Assembly: GCA_964465945.1 (NCBI GenBank)
Contig: CAYXMM010000002.1
Span: forward strand, 319,098-383,097
DNA: 64,000 nucleotides
Origin: an uncultured Hyphomicrobiales bacterium
GTDB taxonomy: Bacteria > Bacteroidota > Ignavibacteria > Kapaibacteriales > UBA2268
Reading direction: 5' to 3'
The notes under the pieces are model-generated. The model was not told the DNA's origin, did not search any database, and was given only the letters and a program-made list of their open reading frames with translations. The first letter of the stretch is position 1; the number at the start of each line of letters is the position of its first letter. Below, one piece after another: positions 47,523 to 58,443 of this stretch. The translations under genes were made by a program, and so were the position numbers.

Positions 47523-48059
47523 TTAATCTATTTTATAAATCAAAAATCTACTTGATGAAATAACTTTTTCTTTAATTAAATTAAATTCCCAATTAATTTT
47601 CTTCGATAAATCTGATTCGACAACAATAATTTTATCTAAAAATTTAGATTTGTTAATTGATAAAACCTTTTCAATAATTTGATACTCATTACTAAAGTAG
47701 GGTGGGTCAATATAAATTAAATCAAATTCTTTTCCAATATCATCTAAAATAATACTTGAATTTGCTTTACTTATCTTATAATTTTCAACCTTTAAATCAT
47801 CAAGAATTCGTTTTATATACTTAGTAGAATTTATATTCTTATCATTAAAATGCACAAATCCTGCTCCACGAGATAGAAATTCTATACCTATACTTCCTGA
47901 ACCAGAATATAAGTCTAACACACGTAAATTTCTATATTCTAAGATATTATCAAAAATATTAAATAAAGTTTCTTTTGACATATCAGTAGTTGGTCTAATA
48001 CCATCTGGCAATTTGTAGTTAAACCTTCTTGATTTGAATTGACCTGAGATAATTCGCAT
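47523..48059 (-). CDS. rsmD: 16S rRNA m2G966 methyltransferase
   Basis: IRPTT...KETLFNI, LDLYSGSG, IDPPY. Confidence 0.9.
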   Translation of the reverse strand: MRIISGQFKSRRFNYKLPDGIRPTTDMSKETLFNIFDNILEYRNLRVLDLYSGSGSIGIEFLSRGAGFVHFNDKNINSTKYIKRILDDLKVENYKISKANSSIILDDIGKEFDLIYIDPPYFSNEYQIIEKVLSINKSKFLDKIIVVESDLSKKINWEFNLIKEKVISSSRFLIYKID

Positions 48060-49000
48060 TATAAAAGTCGAATTCTATCGTGATACGCAGGGATTGCAGC
48101 TCCAACACATGGTGGAAAAACGTGTTGCATAATTTTGCAATAATTTTTCAAACGTTCCTCAACATTTGGTTTTACCATTCTGAAAGCATTAAGTCTGCCT
48201 GACTCTACTCCAAACCCATCAGCCATATTATAACCTGCTAAAAATACTCTTTTTGTTAAGCCAGTACCAAAAAAATAAATTCCATCAATTGTATCAACTA
48301 CTTCATTAAGTACTTTTTTATATTCCGCTTCTACAATACTTCCAAATTTTTCTTTATCAATATCCGAAAACGAAAGTAAATTATAGTATGCAGGCATCGA
48401 GTTTTTAATTATACTAACATCAATAAATTGGTCTTGAACACCTAAAATCATAACTGTTTTTTCAAGAGATTCAGGATAATTATAAATAAATGCAGTATGA
48501 GCATTCATCTGAGAAACTTCAATGTTAGTAATAGGTAAATAATCCTTGAAAATTTCCTTACAAGTCTCAACAATATCTTTTTGCATAATTGATGCAAGCA
48601 TCATCTCCATTCCATTTTTTCTCTTTTCTAACGGAATCACATTAGACACAAACTCATCTGTGTTGAATTGAGGATAAGCTTGTTTAATCTCTAAATTTAC
48701 TAATTTGTTTAATTGGTCTTCATCCATTCCTTTTTTACCAGGAAACTGAGCTACGAAAACACTCTCAGCAGGAATAGTAACTGATACTCTATTTATTTGA
48801 TTACTTACAGAATTAATAAATTCCCGAAGTTCAATAACGCCTTCATCGTTATTAACATCAAATATATTTTCTAAATCAATTCTCTTTCGAGTAGCTTCAA
48901 CATAATCTAAGCTTAATGAGTTCTCATGAGGAGAGAGTATAGCCATATATGTTCTATCTATATTAAAAAAGACTGATATTGCTGATTTCATAAATTTCAA
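48059..49000 (-). CDS. PilM-like actin-fold protein (orphan)
   Basis: VSVTIPAE, LEIKQAYP, IDVSIIKN, YFFGTG pattern. Confidence 0.6.
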   Translation of the reverse strand: MKFMKSAISVFFNIDRTYMAILSPHENSLSLDYVEATRKRIDLENIFDVNNDEGVIELREFINSVSNQINRVSVTIPAESVFVAQFPGKKGMDEDQLNKLVNLEIKQAYPQFNTDEFVSNVIPLEKRKNGMEMMLASIMQKDIVETCKEIFKDYLPITNIEVSQMNAHTAFIYNYPESLEKTVMILGVQDQFIDVSIIKNSMPAYYNLLSFSDIDKEKFGSIVEAEYKKVLNEVVDTIDGIYFFGTGLTKRVFLAGYNMADGFGVESGRLNAFRMVKPNVEERLKNYCKIMQHVFPPCVGAAIPAYHDRIRLL

Positions 49001-49096
49001 ATTATTTAAAAATTAATTTACTAATTTATAAATAATTAATCAAATATCCGAAGAAATACTTAAAATTATGATAAAATCATGTTATTTAAGTATTTT

Positions 49097-49124
49097 AAAA
49101 AAAAATCGGGGAGAACCCGATTTT
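49097..49124 (-). terminator. Intrinsic terminator
   Basis: AAAATCGGG/CCCGATTTT stem, T-run on minus strand. Confidence 0.8.
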
Positions 49125-49506
49125 ATGCTAAAAACTCAATTTGATCTTCAAACAAATGTAGTATATCACTTGGAGTTATATTCGCCTGAGCTTTCTCCAT
49201 AAATTCTTTATTATTTGCACGAACAACTTTTCTCAATTCATCTAATGCTTCTTTATATGATTCGATTGGAGCATTATTTTCATTAAATAGGGGACTACTA
49301 TTATCCACCTGAATATTATTCTCCAAGTTGTCTAAAGCGGAAAGTAAGACATTTTGTTGCCATTTTACTTTATCAAAATCAGAACTTTTAGTTGCAATAT
49401 TATTTTCTATCTTTTTTGAAGTCTTTGTTTTACCTATATTTAAAGCATCAACTAAAAAAGAATCATATTGAGCATTTATGCTGTTTTGTATATTTTTGAC
49501 ATCCAT
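49123..49506 (-). CDS. Hypothetical protein with flagellin-C-terminus-like motif
   Basis: KAQANITPSDILHLF. Confidence 0.6.
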   Translation of the reverse strand: MDVKNIQNSINAQYDSFLVDALNIGKTKTSKKIENNIATKSSDFDKVKWQQNVLLSALDNLENNIQVDNSSPLFNENNAPIESYKEALDELRKVVRANNKEFMEKAQANITPSDILHLFEDQIEFLA

Positions 49507-49564
49507 TTCTAAAACCCTTTTATAATATGGTAATTTAAAATGTCAAATTCAATGCCAAAGTTAT

Positions 49565-51724
49565 TTACTCACACGTTAATGTACAATAAACAACATCACC
49601 ATCTTTAGACCACTTTTGTGATTTAACTATACCTGTTCCATGAACTTTTGTCAACACATTTGAAGTATGTAGTAAATTTAAAGCTCTTCTTAAAGGCATG
49701 CCAGTAACATCAAAAATTTTAAAGTCAGTTAGTTTTTTATTACGGCTAATCAGCTGAACTAAAATTTTACTATTTTTAGCAACAACATCACCAGCTTTAG
49801 GATTTTGAAAGAAAATCATACCAGATTTTTTATTTCCTTCAATTTCAAGATGAAAATAGCTTTTTAGATTCTCAACATCTGTATAATTCATACCAATTAA
49901 GTTAGGAACCAAAACACTATCTTTACCTTCTTCTTTTACTGGAATATTCATTTTACCAGAACGAAGTTGTAACCAACGAGTTGCAATTTCTTTAAAAATT
50001 GGAGCAGCATTAACACCACCATATATACTTTTTGTAGGTGTATCAACAATTATAAGCATAGCAACTTCCGGATTATTAGCAGGGAAGAAGCCAGCAAATG
50101 AAGCATAATACTCACTTTTACTATACTTACCAAATTCATTAATTCTCTGCGAAGTTCCAGTTTTTCCAGCAATTTTCATCCCTTCAACCCTTGCCCTTTT
50201 TCCAGAACCACTATCAACAACCCCAATAAAAAGCTTTCTAACTCGATTAGCAATCTCCTCATCAATAACTTTTCTAATTCTAATTGGCTCTTTATTAATT
50301 AAATCATGTTCTTTATCATAAACCCTTTTTAACAAATATGGTTGCATCATAACACCATTATTAGCGACAGTTGCATAAGCATTTACAACTTGTAAAGGAG
50401 TAGCAGTCATATCATATCCATGCCCCATATATCTTTTACTACTTTTATAAAATTGCTCTGGTTTCTTAACTTTTCCAGCAATTTCCCCCGGCAAGTCAAT
50501 ATCTAACTCATTACCAAAACCAAAATTACGAACATAAGAATAAAATTTCCCATCAGAAATTTTATCTGCCACACTTGACATCACTATATTGCTTGAATAC
50601 CAGACTGCTTCTTTGAATGTTGCCTTTGAAAATTTATGAACATCCCTAATTGTTCCCCAACTAAAATTTAATTCACCATTATGTCCATTAACTGTATCAG
50701 TTTCTGATATAACACCTTCTTGGAGACCAGCAGCCGTTGTAATCAGTTTAAAAGTAGAGCCAGGCGCATATTCATCAGTAATTGCTTTAAGCTTTGTATT
50801 TTCAAATTTAATCGAACTCCTATCGTTTGGATTATAAAGCGGGAAATTCGCAATCGCTAAAACCTCACCAGTTTGTGGTTTAATTGCAACACCAATTCCA
50901 CCTTTTGCAGCCGACCATTCAATCCCTTTTGAAAGTTCATACTCTAATATCCTTTGTAATTCCACATCTAAAGCTAATTGAATATTATATCCATTATGTG
51001 GTTCAACCTTTGGCATTTCAGCACTCGCATATTCCCTTTGCCTTGCATCACGTTGAAGCATAATAAAGCCGTCTTTACCTTTAAGAGATGAATCATTCAA
51101 AAACTCAATCCCGCTAATACCTTTATTGTCAATATTAGTATAACCAATAATTTGGCTTGCGACCTCACCATAAGGATAATATCTGCGTGGTTCATCAACA
51201 AGAATCAAACCCTTATCTTTTAAATCAAACAATTCTTCTACTAAATCAGGATTAACACCACGAACCAACCAAACAAACCTTTTTTTTGCACTCACTTTAC
51301 GAGTTAATACATTTTTATTCAAATTTAGATTTTTACTCAGAATTTCAATTATTTTAGTTTTTTTAGTCGAGACTTTTGGATCAATCGCAATTGAAAGTGT
51401 CATTATATTCGTAGCAAGGACTTTCCCATTTCTATCATAAATAATTCCCCTCTGAGCAGGTAGAACCATTTTACTTTCATGCTGCCTCTTTGCCATTTCC
51501 GAATATTTATCACCATTAACGACTTGAACAACGAAAAGTCGGATAATTACAGCAACAATTCCAAGAGCAACTAATGATACAATAAGTAAAAACTTCCAAT
51601 GTTTATTTTTATTACGTGGGTGTTCTTTTTCATCAATGCTTGGATCAGCACTTAACAATTCATTCAAATATGGAAGTAATTTATTCGACATTTTTCTTTG
51701 GAAGTATAGTTGGGAACTCTTCAC
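49565..51724 (-). CDS. ftsI: Penicillin-binding protein with PASTA domain
   Basis: PGSTFK, SSN, KTGT motifs; RGIIYDRNG; PASTA. Confidence 0.92.
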   Translation of the reverse strand: MKSSQLYFQRKMSNKLLPYLNELLSADPSIDEKEHPRNKNKHWKFLLIVSLVALGIVAVIIRLFVVQVVNGDKYSEMAKRQHESKMVLPAQRGIIYDRNGKVLATNIMTLSIAIDPKVSTKKTKIIEILSKNLNLNKNVLTRKVSAKKRFVWLVRGVNPDLVEELFDLKDKGLILVDEPRRYYPYGEVASQIIGYTNIDNKGISGIEFLNDSSLKGKDGFIMLQRDARQREYASAEMPKVEPHNGYNIQLALDVELQRILEYELSKGIEWSAAKGGIGVAIKPQTGEVLAIANFPLYNPNDRSSIKFENTKLKAITDEYAPGSTFKLITTAAGLQEGVISETDTVNGHNGELNFSWGTIRDVHKFSKATFKEAVWYSSNIVMSSVADKISDGKFYSYVRNFGFGNELDIDLPGEIAGKVKKPEQFYKSSKRYMGHGYDMTATPLQVVNAYATVANNGVMMQPYLLKRVYDKEHDLINKEPIRIRKVIDEEIANRVRKLFIGVVDSGSGKRARVEGMKIAGKTGTSQRINEFGKYSKSEYYASFAGFFPANNPEVAMLIIVDTPTKSIYGGVNAAPIFKEIATRWLQLRSGKMNIPVKEEGKDSVLVPNLIGMNYTDVENLKSYFHLEIEGNKKSGMIFFQNPKAGDVVAKNSKILVQLISRNKKLTDFKIFDVTGMPLRRALNLLHTSNVLTKVHGTGIVKSQKWSKDGDVVYCTLTCE

Positions 51725-52082
51725 TTTTCACCATTTGGAGATTTTCTTCGGCAATTTTACAAATCCTTTCTGCGCTTTGCAACTTAATAACATCTGCTTC
51801 AACCATTCTTTTACGAAACTCAATTCTTTTCTCTCTTTTTTCAAGAATACGAATTTCTTCGGCAAGTTTATTTATTGAAAGCACATTATAGACATAAAAT
51901 ATCATCATAGCAGAAGTAAATATTAAAAATAAAAATATACTCCATCTATTCAATGATACCCAAGATTTAGCAAACTGCTGAACTTGTTTATCGGTTAGTA
52001 ATTTCGATAATTCTTTTTCCTTTAGATTATCTTTAAATCCCCCAAACAAGCATTTCCCCCTAATGCAAATTATATAATGCAA
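51681..52082 (-). CDS. ftsL: Cell division protein FtsL-like
   Basis: One TM plus coiled coil, upstream of ftsI; start uncertain. Confidence 0.65.
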   Translation of the reverse strand: MHYIICIRGKCLFGGFKDNLKEKELSKLLTDKQVQQFAKSWVSLNRWSIFLFLIFTSAMMIFYVYNVLSINKLAEEIRILEKREKRIEFRKRMVEADVIKLQSAERICKIAEENLQMVKSEEFPTILPKKNVE

Positions 52083-52129
52083 ACTTATGAAAAATATATT
52101 ATTTATTAAATTATTTAAAGAAAATAATT

Positions 52130-52774
52130 TTATGAAAAATGATTTATAAGTTTCATTAATTCATCATTACTTAAATTTCTTTCATCTTCTTTCTTTTTAA
52201 TTTGAGGTTTAGCGTCATCTGACTTTTCTTCTAATATTGGTGAAATGTTTAATGTAGGTATTATTTCTTCAAAAGTATCAGGATTAATTGGATTGTCATT
52301 AAAATACTTTAAAAGTAAATCTGTTGGTTTTGTTTCATCTTTTTGAATATTATTATAAATTTCTAACTCTTGTTCAATGACATTAGATTTATTAAACATC
52401 CTTAGTTCAAGAATAAATTGCTCTGAAAGGTAATAATCTGATGAATAAAGCTTTGCATAACTAAGTATTTCTCTATCTGAACTAACAATTACATAGTCTT
52501 TAGAATTAACAGCATTACTAATATATGACTTAATAATATCATCTGCTTTCAGCTTTCCAGAACCTTCTACATACACATTAACAAAAGGGGAGTGTATATC
52601 AAATGGATCACCATCAAATATGAGCGTGAATTTCTTCTTTTGATTATGAAATGCAAATTTTGCCAACAACTTAAAAAGTTTTTCAGATGCAATCCTTGGC
52701 GAACTATTCAAAGAAAATAACAAATCAGAATCTTGATGAATTAGATTATATGCATCTATAAGATAGTGCTTCAT
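52130..52774 (-). CDS. YacP-like NYN domain protein
   Basis: LIDAYN, IFDG, KADD, VSSDRE. Confidence 0.88.
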   Translation of the reverse strand: MKHYLIDAYNLIHQDSDLLFSLNSSPRIASEKLFKLLAKFAFHNQKKKFTLIFDGDPFDIHSPFVNVYVEGSGKLKADDIIKSYISNAVNSKDYVIVSSDREILSYAKLYSSDYYLSEQFILELRMFNKSNVIEQELEIYNNIQKDETKPTDLLLKYFNDNPINPDTFEEIIPTLNISPILEEKSDDAKPQIKKKEDERNLSNDELMKLINHFS

Positions 52775-55700
52775 TACCAGTCAAACCCTAAAGAGAATAA
52801 ATATTTTGGCTGTGTCCAACCTGAATAAGTCTTCTGCCAAGCAATATCTACTTTAAGAGGAAGACCAAGTAAAAAACTTCTTATTCCAATTCCAGAACTC
52901 ATCAATAAATCTTTATACTGCGTAGTTCCATTTACGTCTTTGCTTGTCATCATAAGATCATCATCAAAAGCAGTACCAATATCAAAGAAGAATGAACCCA
53001 TAACTCCTTGAATCAAAATAGGAACAGGTCCGGCAACTAATGCTTGGAAGAGAGGAAACCGCATTTCTGCATTTAAAACCCCAAATTTTGAACCTGAAAT
53101 TGCATTAATTTGAGGTCCCCTAATTGGCATTTCAAACTGCATAAAAGCAAAATCTTCTGGGTCATAAAATGGTAAAAAACCCGAACTAAATGAACGATTT
53201 ATCCAATTTTCTGTTCCTCCTAACCTAAATTTCAATGGATTTGCACCCACAGAAGCACCGCCAGTTAATCTAAAAGCTAAATTTATCCAAGATGTTACCG
53301 GAAGATATTGTCTAAAATCGAATTTCGCAGTAAAAAACTCAGTTCCTGAACTTCCAAGTTTTGGTGTCCCAAATAAATGAATATAATATCTATTTCCAAT
53401 AGTTGGAGCATACATATAACCTAAAGTATTATCATGAACATATTTAACCTGTGGAACAATTAAATTCCTTTCAATTCCTGCTTCAATAGGATTTTGAATG
53501 TTTGTTCTTGAAATGTTTTTATATGTAACCCCAAACTCAAACCTATTAAACAAATCAAATGGATAAGAGCCATTTGCTCCAAACCCCCAATCTCTATATC
53601 TATATAATTGAGGATTATAAAGGTTGTCCTGCGGAGTAAAATCTTGAGAAACCCATGCTGCTGTATGATAACCACTAAAATTATAATCAATAATTTCAGG
53701 CAAATAAGAATATTGAGCAAAAAAAGTAGAATTTCTTAAATCAAGCAACAAATTTGCTTGTAAAAATATCTTATGATTACCAAGCATATCACTAAACTGC
53801 GCTTGCGTAACACCTTGAACACCTAAAAAAGTGTTATACCCAGGGTTACCAAGTATAATATCAGGTGTGAATTTTAATTTATAATCTTTTACTTCAAAAG
53901 TCGTATCAATTCCATTTTTACTTTTTCTTTCATTCAAATCTAAATTTTTAATAGCATCAGGGTTCGGTTCCACTAGCTTTTCATTATCAAAACTAACTTC
54001 AAATTCACCATAACTAAGTTGCTCTTCATTTATACTATCATTTTGATTTTCTATTATACTACTAATAATTTTATTAGTTGTATCAGAACCCTTCAACTCT
54101 TGTTTAAATCTTGTTAATGGCAATTCATTTTTGCCTAAATCTATATCAAAAGGATAACGCAACATAAATATCTCATACCCACCTTCTGTTTGAATACCAA
54201 ATAATAACTTTGAATCATCATAAGATAACGAAATATGATTAATTGCAGATAGTGAATTTGTTTTTGGTTGAATTTTATTACTTTTCAAATCAAGTGAATA
54301 CAAATTTGAAATTCCATTCCTATCAGATACAAAAAGTATCCGTTTGTCATCTTTTGACACTGCAATTGAAGTTTTCTTATTATCTGGGTCGAAAGTTAAT
54401 CGCTCAATATTTTGAGTTTCAAGATTAACTCTATAAATATCACTTTGATGCACATTCTCGTCCCACATTGAAATATCATCAGATTTTAATTTATACTTAA
54501 AATGGTTAGATCTATCCGAAATAAAATAAACCTCATTAGAATTTGGACTCCAAATAGGCATCATATCCGAAAAAATATCTTTAGTTAGATTAACAACTTC
54601 TTTACTTTGAATAGTGTAATAATAAATATCAGACTGCGAATTTTTCGAAGCAACAAAAGCAAGTTTTGACCCATCAGGTGACCAACTCACTGATCCAATA
54701 AAATGAAAGCCTAATTTAATTTTTTGGTAATCCTTTGTTCTTGTGTCTATAATAAAAATAGCATCTTCACCACCGGCCTTTGCTGAAACTGCAATATGTG
54801 TCCCGCTTGGATTCCAAGAAATTCCTGGAGTAAGCATATTCAAATCTTCAAAATCCTGTTGTCTAAATGAACTAATTAAAAACTTCTTAGTTTCTGGCTT
54901 ATCAATATCCATTATAGCAATTCCCAAAACGCCATCATCATCAGTTATAAACGCCATTTTATTTCCATCAGATGAAATAGAAGGGGAGGAGTTATAAAAA
55001 TTACTCATCTTCTTTCTGTCAGTTACTTGTACCGCATAATCTTTTGGCGAATCAAACTTATCAAGCTCTGGGAAATAATACTTCTTAATTTCACGTTGCC
55101 ACATATCAGAAAACTCAGACAAATTCATTTGAAACGTTGCCTGAAACGCCCTATCTACATTCCGATGAATTTTCAACTTATTAATAAAATCACCAACACG
55201 TTCCTTCCCATACTTCTGAGATATATACCAATAAAAAGTCTGCCCAGCTCTATAAGATAAATAACCATCAATACCATCTAAACTTGGTAAATTTTCATTG
55301 ATAGTCAAATCCCTCATAAACATATCAGTTTCAGTGTCAAACCCATTCAAACTCGAGTATTCAGCAAAACCCTCATTCAGCCAAGTTGGAATAAAATACC
55401 CACCCTGTGAAATAGAATTTTGCAAACTTCCACCATGAAACATATCATTTAAGACCCCGTGAACAAGTTCATGATGAATAACATGTTTGAAATTATAATA
55501 ATCGCCACTAAAAGGAAGCACAACCCTGTTTTTAAATAGTTGAGTAACTCCACCAATTCCTTCTGAAAGAAACTGGTCTATTACATTATTTTGTTGAAAT
55601 TGATTATGCGAGTTAAAAAGAATTATAGGTATTCTATTTTGTATATTATAATTTAGTTGTGACTCAATTGTTAATAATGCTTTCTCAGCTTCTATAGCAC

Positions 55701-55872
55701 AATATCTTGCAATATAGTCGCCACCTTCATGAAAATAAACATCAAAGTTTTCACTTGAAATATACTTCCATTTGAATTCCTGATATTGAACCTTGTTTTT
55801 ACCAAACTGGGCAAAAATAGAAATAGGAAGAATAAGAAATAGATAAAATAACTTACGCATTAAATTTCCCAA
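52774..55872 (-). CDS. BamA/TamA-family outer-membrane protein with peptidase-MA-like and PD40 domains
   Basis: FGKNKVQY, HELVH, WLNEG, WSPDG repeats, C-terminal FSLGFDW. Confidence 0.88.
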   Translation of the reverse strand: MGNLMRKLFYLFLILPISIFAQFGKNKVQYQEFKWKYISSENFDVYFHEGGDYIARYCAIEAEKALLTIESQLNYNIQNRIPIILFNSHNQFQQNNVIDQFLSEGIGGVTQLFKNRVVLPFSGDYYNFKHVIHHELVHGVLNDMFHGGSLQNSISQGGYFIPTWLNEGFAEYSSLNGFDTETDMFMRDLTINENLPSLDGIDGYLSYRAGQTFYWYISQKYGKERVGDFINKLKIHRNVDRAFQATFQMNLSEFSDMWQREIKKYYFPELDKFDSPKDYAVQVTDRKKMSNFYNSSPSISSDGNKMAFITDDDGVLGIAIMDIDKPETKKFLISSFRQQDFEDLNMLTPGISWNPSGTHIAVSAKAGGEDAIFIIDTRTKDYQKIKLGFHFIGSVSWSPDGSKLAFVASKNSQSDIYYYTIQSKEVVNLTKDIFSDMMPIWSPNSNEVYFISDRSNHFKYKLKSDDISMWDENVHQSDIYRVNLETQNIERLTFDPDNKKTSIAVSKDDKRILFVSDRNGISNLYSLDLKSNKIQPKTNSLSAINHISLSYDDSKLLFGIQTEGGYEIFMLRYPFDIDLGKNELPLTRFKQELKGSDTTNKIISSIIENQNDSINEEQLSYGEFEVSFDNEKLVEPNPDAIKNLDLNERKSKNGIDTTFEVKDYKLKFTPDIILGNPGYNTFLGVQGVTQAQFSDMLGNHKIFLQANLLLDLRNSTFFAQYSYLPEIIDYNFSGYHTAAWVSQDFTPQDNLYNPQLYRYRDWGFGANGSYPFDLFNRFEFGVTYKNISRTNIQNPIEAGIERNLIVPQVKYVHDNTLGYMYAPTIGNRYYIHLFGTPKLGSSGTEFFTAKFDFRQYLPVTSWINLAFRLTGGASVGANPLKFRLGGTENWINRSFSSGFLPFYDPEDFAFMQFEMPIRGPQINAISGSKFGVLNAEMRFPLFQALVAGPVPILIQGVMGSFFFDIGTAFDDDLMMTSKDVNGTTQYKDLLMSSGIGIRSFLLGLPLKVDIAWQKTYSGWTQPKYLFSLGFDW

Positions 55873-55930
55873 TTATATAAGCAAAATAGTAAAGTTGCAT
55901 AAGTTTATACGGAATTGTGATTAATTTGGT

Positions 55931-56803
55931 TTAAATTCGTTTAGAATATTCTTTTAGGAAATTTTGTTCAGTAAAAGTTAGCGAATCATAACCAAAACTA
56001 TTTATTTTATCTAAAATATCATTCATTTTTTCTTCATCTGAATAAGAATTTCCCGTAAAAATATTTGGCTCCTCATTTTTATATTTTACCTGATTAACCC
56101 GCATATTTGATTCGCTAAACTTAGAATATGAATGAGAATGCTCTAATTCATCAAAAACTTTTTCTCTTTGTTGAGCAACTACTTTTCTTTTACTTTTCAA
56201 CTTTTTAATCAAATAAATCTGAAAATAAACAACTAATGCATTCAGCGTTCCAAACCCTGCAAGAAAAAAAGAATTCAATACAAAATTTTCTTCATAAGCA
56301 TAATAATTTAATAATTGAGCAAAAACCCAAAGTGATATAATTGCCCCAATCACCACCTTATTCACACTAAAAACAAATGAAGCAATAGTAAGCCGTTGAT
56401 TCTTATTAAGTAAAAAATAAAGAGTAATTATAAAAAACGATAATCCATCAGTTCCACTTACAAATTGCTTCGAATTCGAATAAATCAAAGTAAATAAAGT
56501 AGAATGACAAAGAACAATTAATAAATATACAAAAGGAATGATATTAGACTTATAAACTCTTTCTAATTTCTTAGAAATAATACCCATCGCAAACATAAAA
56601 ATAAGCAACGAAGCAAAACTTGTGAATTTCAATGGATATGTTAATAAACTCCACAAATTATTATAATTAGTAGTTTCATTAGTATTTAAAATAAAAATAT
56701 GAGATAATTTATACCCAGTTATAAAGTCTAAAAAATAGACTGATATTACAAGGAATAAAATATAACTTGACTTGTTTTTAATATTTAGAAACTCAAAACT
56801 CAT
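55931..56803 (-). CDS. Rhomboid-like membrane protein with DUF6576-like tail; catalytic motifs degenerate
   Basis: WSLLTYP; GTDG at the GxSG site; ILDKINSFGYDSLT..E..FL C-terminus. Confidence 0.7.
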   Translation of the reverse strand: MSFEFLNIKNKSSYILFLVISVYFLDFITGYKLSHIFILNTNETTNYNNLWSLLTYPLKFTSFASLLIFMFAMGIISKKLERVYKSNIIPFVYLLIVLCHSTLFTLIYSNSKQFVSGTDGLSFFIITLYFLLNKNQRLTIASFVFSVNKVVIGAIISLWVFAQLLNYYAYEENFVLNSFFLAGFGTLNALVVYFQIYLIKKLKSKRKVVAQQREKVFDELEHSHSYSKFSESNMRVNQVKYKNEEPNIFTGNSYSDEEKMNDILDKINSFGYDSLTFTEQNFLKEYSKRI

Positions 56804-57276
56804 TTTAAATTATTAATTAAATCATCCACTTTTTGAATATTTATATTTTCGTAAAAAACTTCATTAATAGCAATCATTGGAGCGCCACCACAAGCACCCA
56901 TACACTCTGTCTCTTCCAACGAGAACAAACCATCAGGAGTAGTTTCATTATGTTTAATATTCAGTTTATTAGAAACATGATCATAAATTTCTTCACCATT
57001 ACGAAGCATACAAGAAACATTCGTGCATACCTGAATATGATGCTTACCCATTGGCTTTTTAAAATACATAGTATAAAAGCTTGCTACACCATAAACATGA
57101 GAATATGGCAAACTTAAAAGTTCGGCAACATATTCCATAACCTCTTTAGAAAGCCAACCGAATTTATTTTGAGCCATCCACAAAACAGGCATTATAGCTG
57201 CTTTTTGATTAGGGTATTTAGCTTTATGATACTCAACTTTTTCAAGTTCTTCAGAGTTAAATTTAATTTCTTCCAT
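56800..57276 (-). CDS. nuoE: NADH-quinone oxidoreductase subunit E
   Basis: CTNVSC, ECMGACGGAP. Confidence 0.95.
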   Translation of the reverse strand: MEEIKFNSEELEKVEYHKAKYPNQKAAIMPVLWMAQNKFGWLSKEVMEYVAELLSLPYSHVYGVASFYTMYFKKPMGKHHIQVCTNVSCMLRNGEEIYDHVSNKLNIKHNETTPDGLFSLEETECMGACGGAPMIAINEVFYENINIQKVDDLINNLK

Positions 57277-57584
57277 TTTTACCTAAATAAAAAGTTTAAA
57301 GTCCTCAAAATTACAAAAATTTATGATATATTCATAAACCAAAAATAAATATATCTAAGTATAACGAAGTATTTGTCCTAATAATATTATATTATTAACA
57401 AAAAAAGTTCTAAACAAAAATAATTATCATTTTTCAACGCAAATTTAAAATAATAATATAATTAAATTCACTTAATCATAACAATAAATTATAACAATTA
57501 TTTTTATTTGAATACAATTATTTAAAAAGTATAAATATATATAAATAATATACTTAACAACCAGTAAAAGTTAATTTTTTACAA

Positions 57585-58430
57585 TTACATAAAATAATTA
57601 TTAACATGATTGTAATTTAGTTCATCAACAAATAACGAATCCCAGTTATCTGTTCCCTTGATTTCAGTTGCAACATTTTTAATATTATTCATTGCTGATA
57701 AAATGAGTTTACCACCAATACTTATCCTATTTACTTTTAATCTTTTTAATTCAACAACTTCCATAGTGTTAGTTATTAGTATATTCAGAGGTAAATTTAT
57801 AAACGCTTTGAGTTCGGCAACTGTTTCAATTTCACTAACAAAAGGAACAAAAATTCCATTTGCACCTGCTTTTTCGTAGAATTTTGCCCTATTGATACAA
57901 ATATTTATTTTATCTTGTAAAGATTCATTTTGCAAAGTAAAACCATCAACTCTTGCGTTAATAAATAAATTGACTTTCATTTCATTACTTACCTTACGAG
58001 CAATTTCAATAAGTTTTACTTGATGTTCAATATCATTAAGTATATTCGTTTTAGGATTACTATCTTCTAAGTTAATACCGACAGCTCCTACTTCAATAAC
58101 ACTACTAATAAAATTAGCGAAACTTTCTAAATCATCTCGGTAATATCCTCCTTCTATATCAGCAGTAACAGGCACACTCACAACCCTTGCAATTCTGCCA
58201 ATCGCTTCAATCATTAGTTCTGGTGGAATATTCTCCCCATCTTGATACCCAAGAGACCAAGCCATCCCAGCACTTGTTGTCGCAACAGCACTAAACCCAA
58301 CTTCTTCAATCATTTTCGCCGAAACACAATCCCAAGCATTTGCAAGAAGTAAAGCCCTCCCAGTTATATGCAATGAATGAAACTGCTCGGCTAAATTATT
58401 TTGCTTAAAAGCATCAAACCTTTTATACAT
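57585..58430 (-). CDS. Isocitrate lyase / PEP mutase family protein
   Basis: NAWD, ATTSAG, ADIEGGY, GINLED, INARVD. Confidence 0.92.
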   Translation of the reverse strand: MYKRFDAFKQNNLAEQFHSLHITGRALLLANAWDCVSAKMIEEVGFSAVATTSAGMAWSLGYQDGENIPPELMIEAIGRIARVVSVPVTADIEGGYYRDDLESFANFISSVIEVGAVGINLEDSNPKTNILNDIEHQVKLIEIARKVSNEMKVNLFINARVDGFTLQNESLQDKINICINRAKFYEKAGANGIFVPFVSEIETVAELKAFINLPLNILITNTMEVVELKRLKVNRISIGGKLILSAMNNIKNVATEIKGTDNWDSLFVDELNYNHVNNYFM

Positions 58431-58443
58431 GTGTTATCCTATT

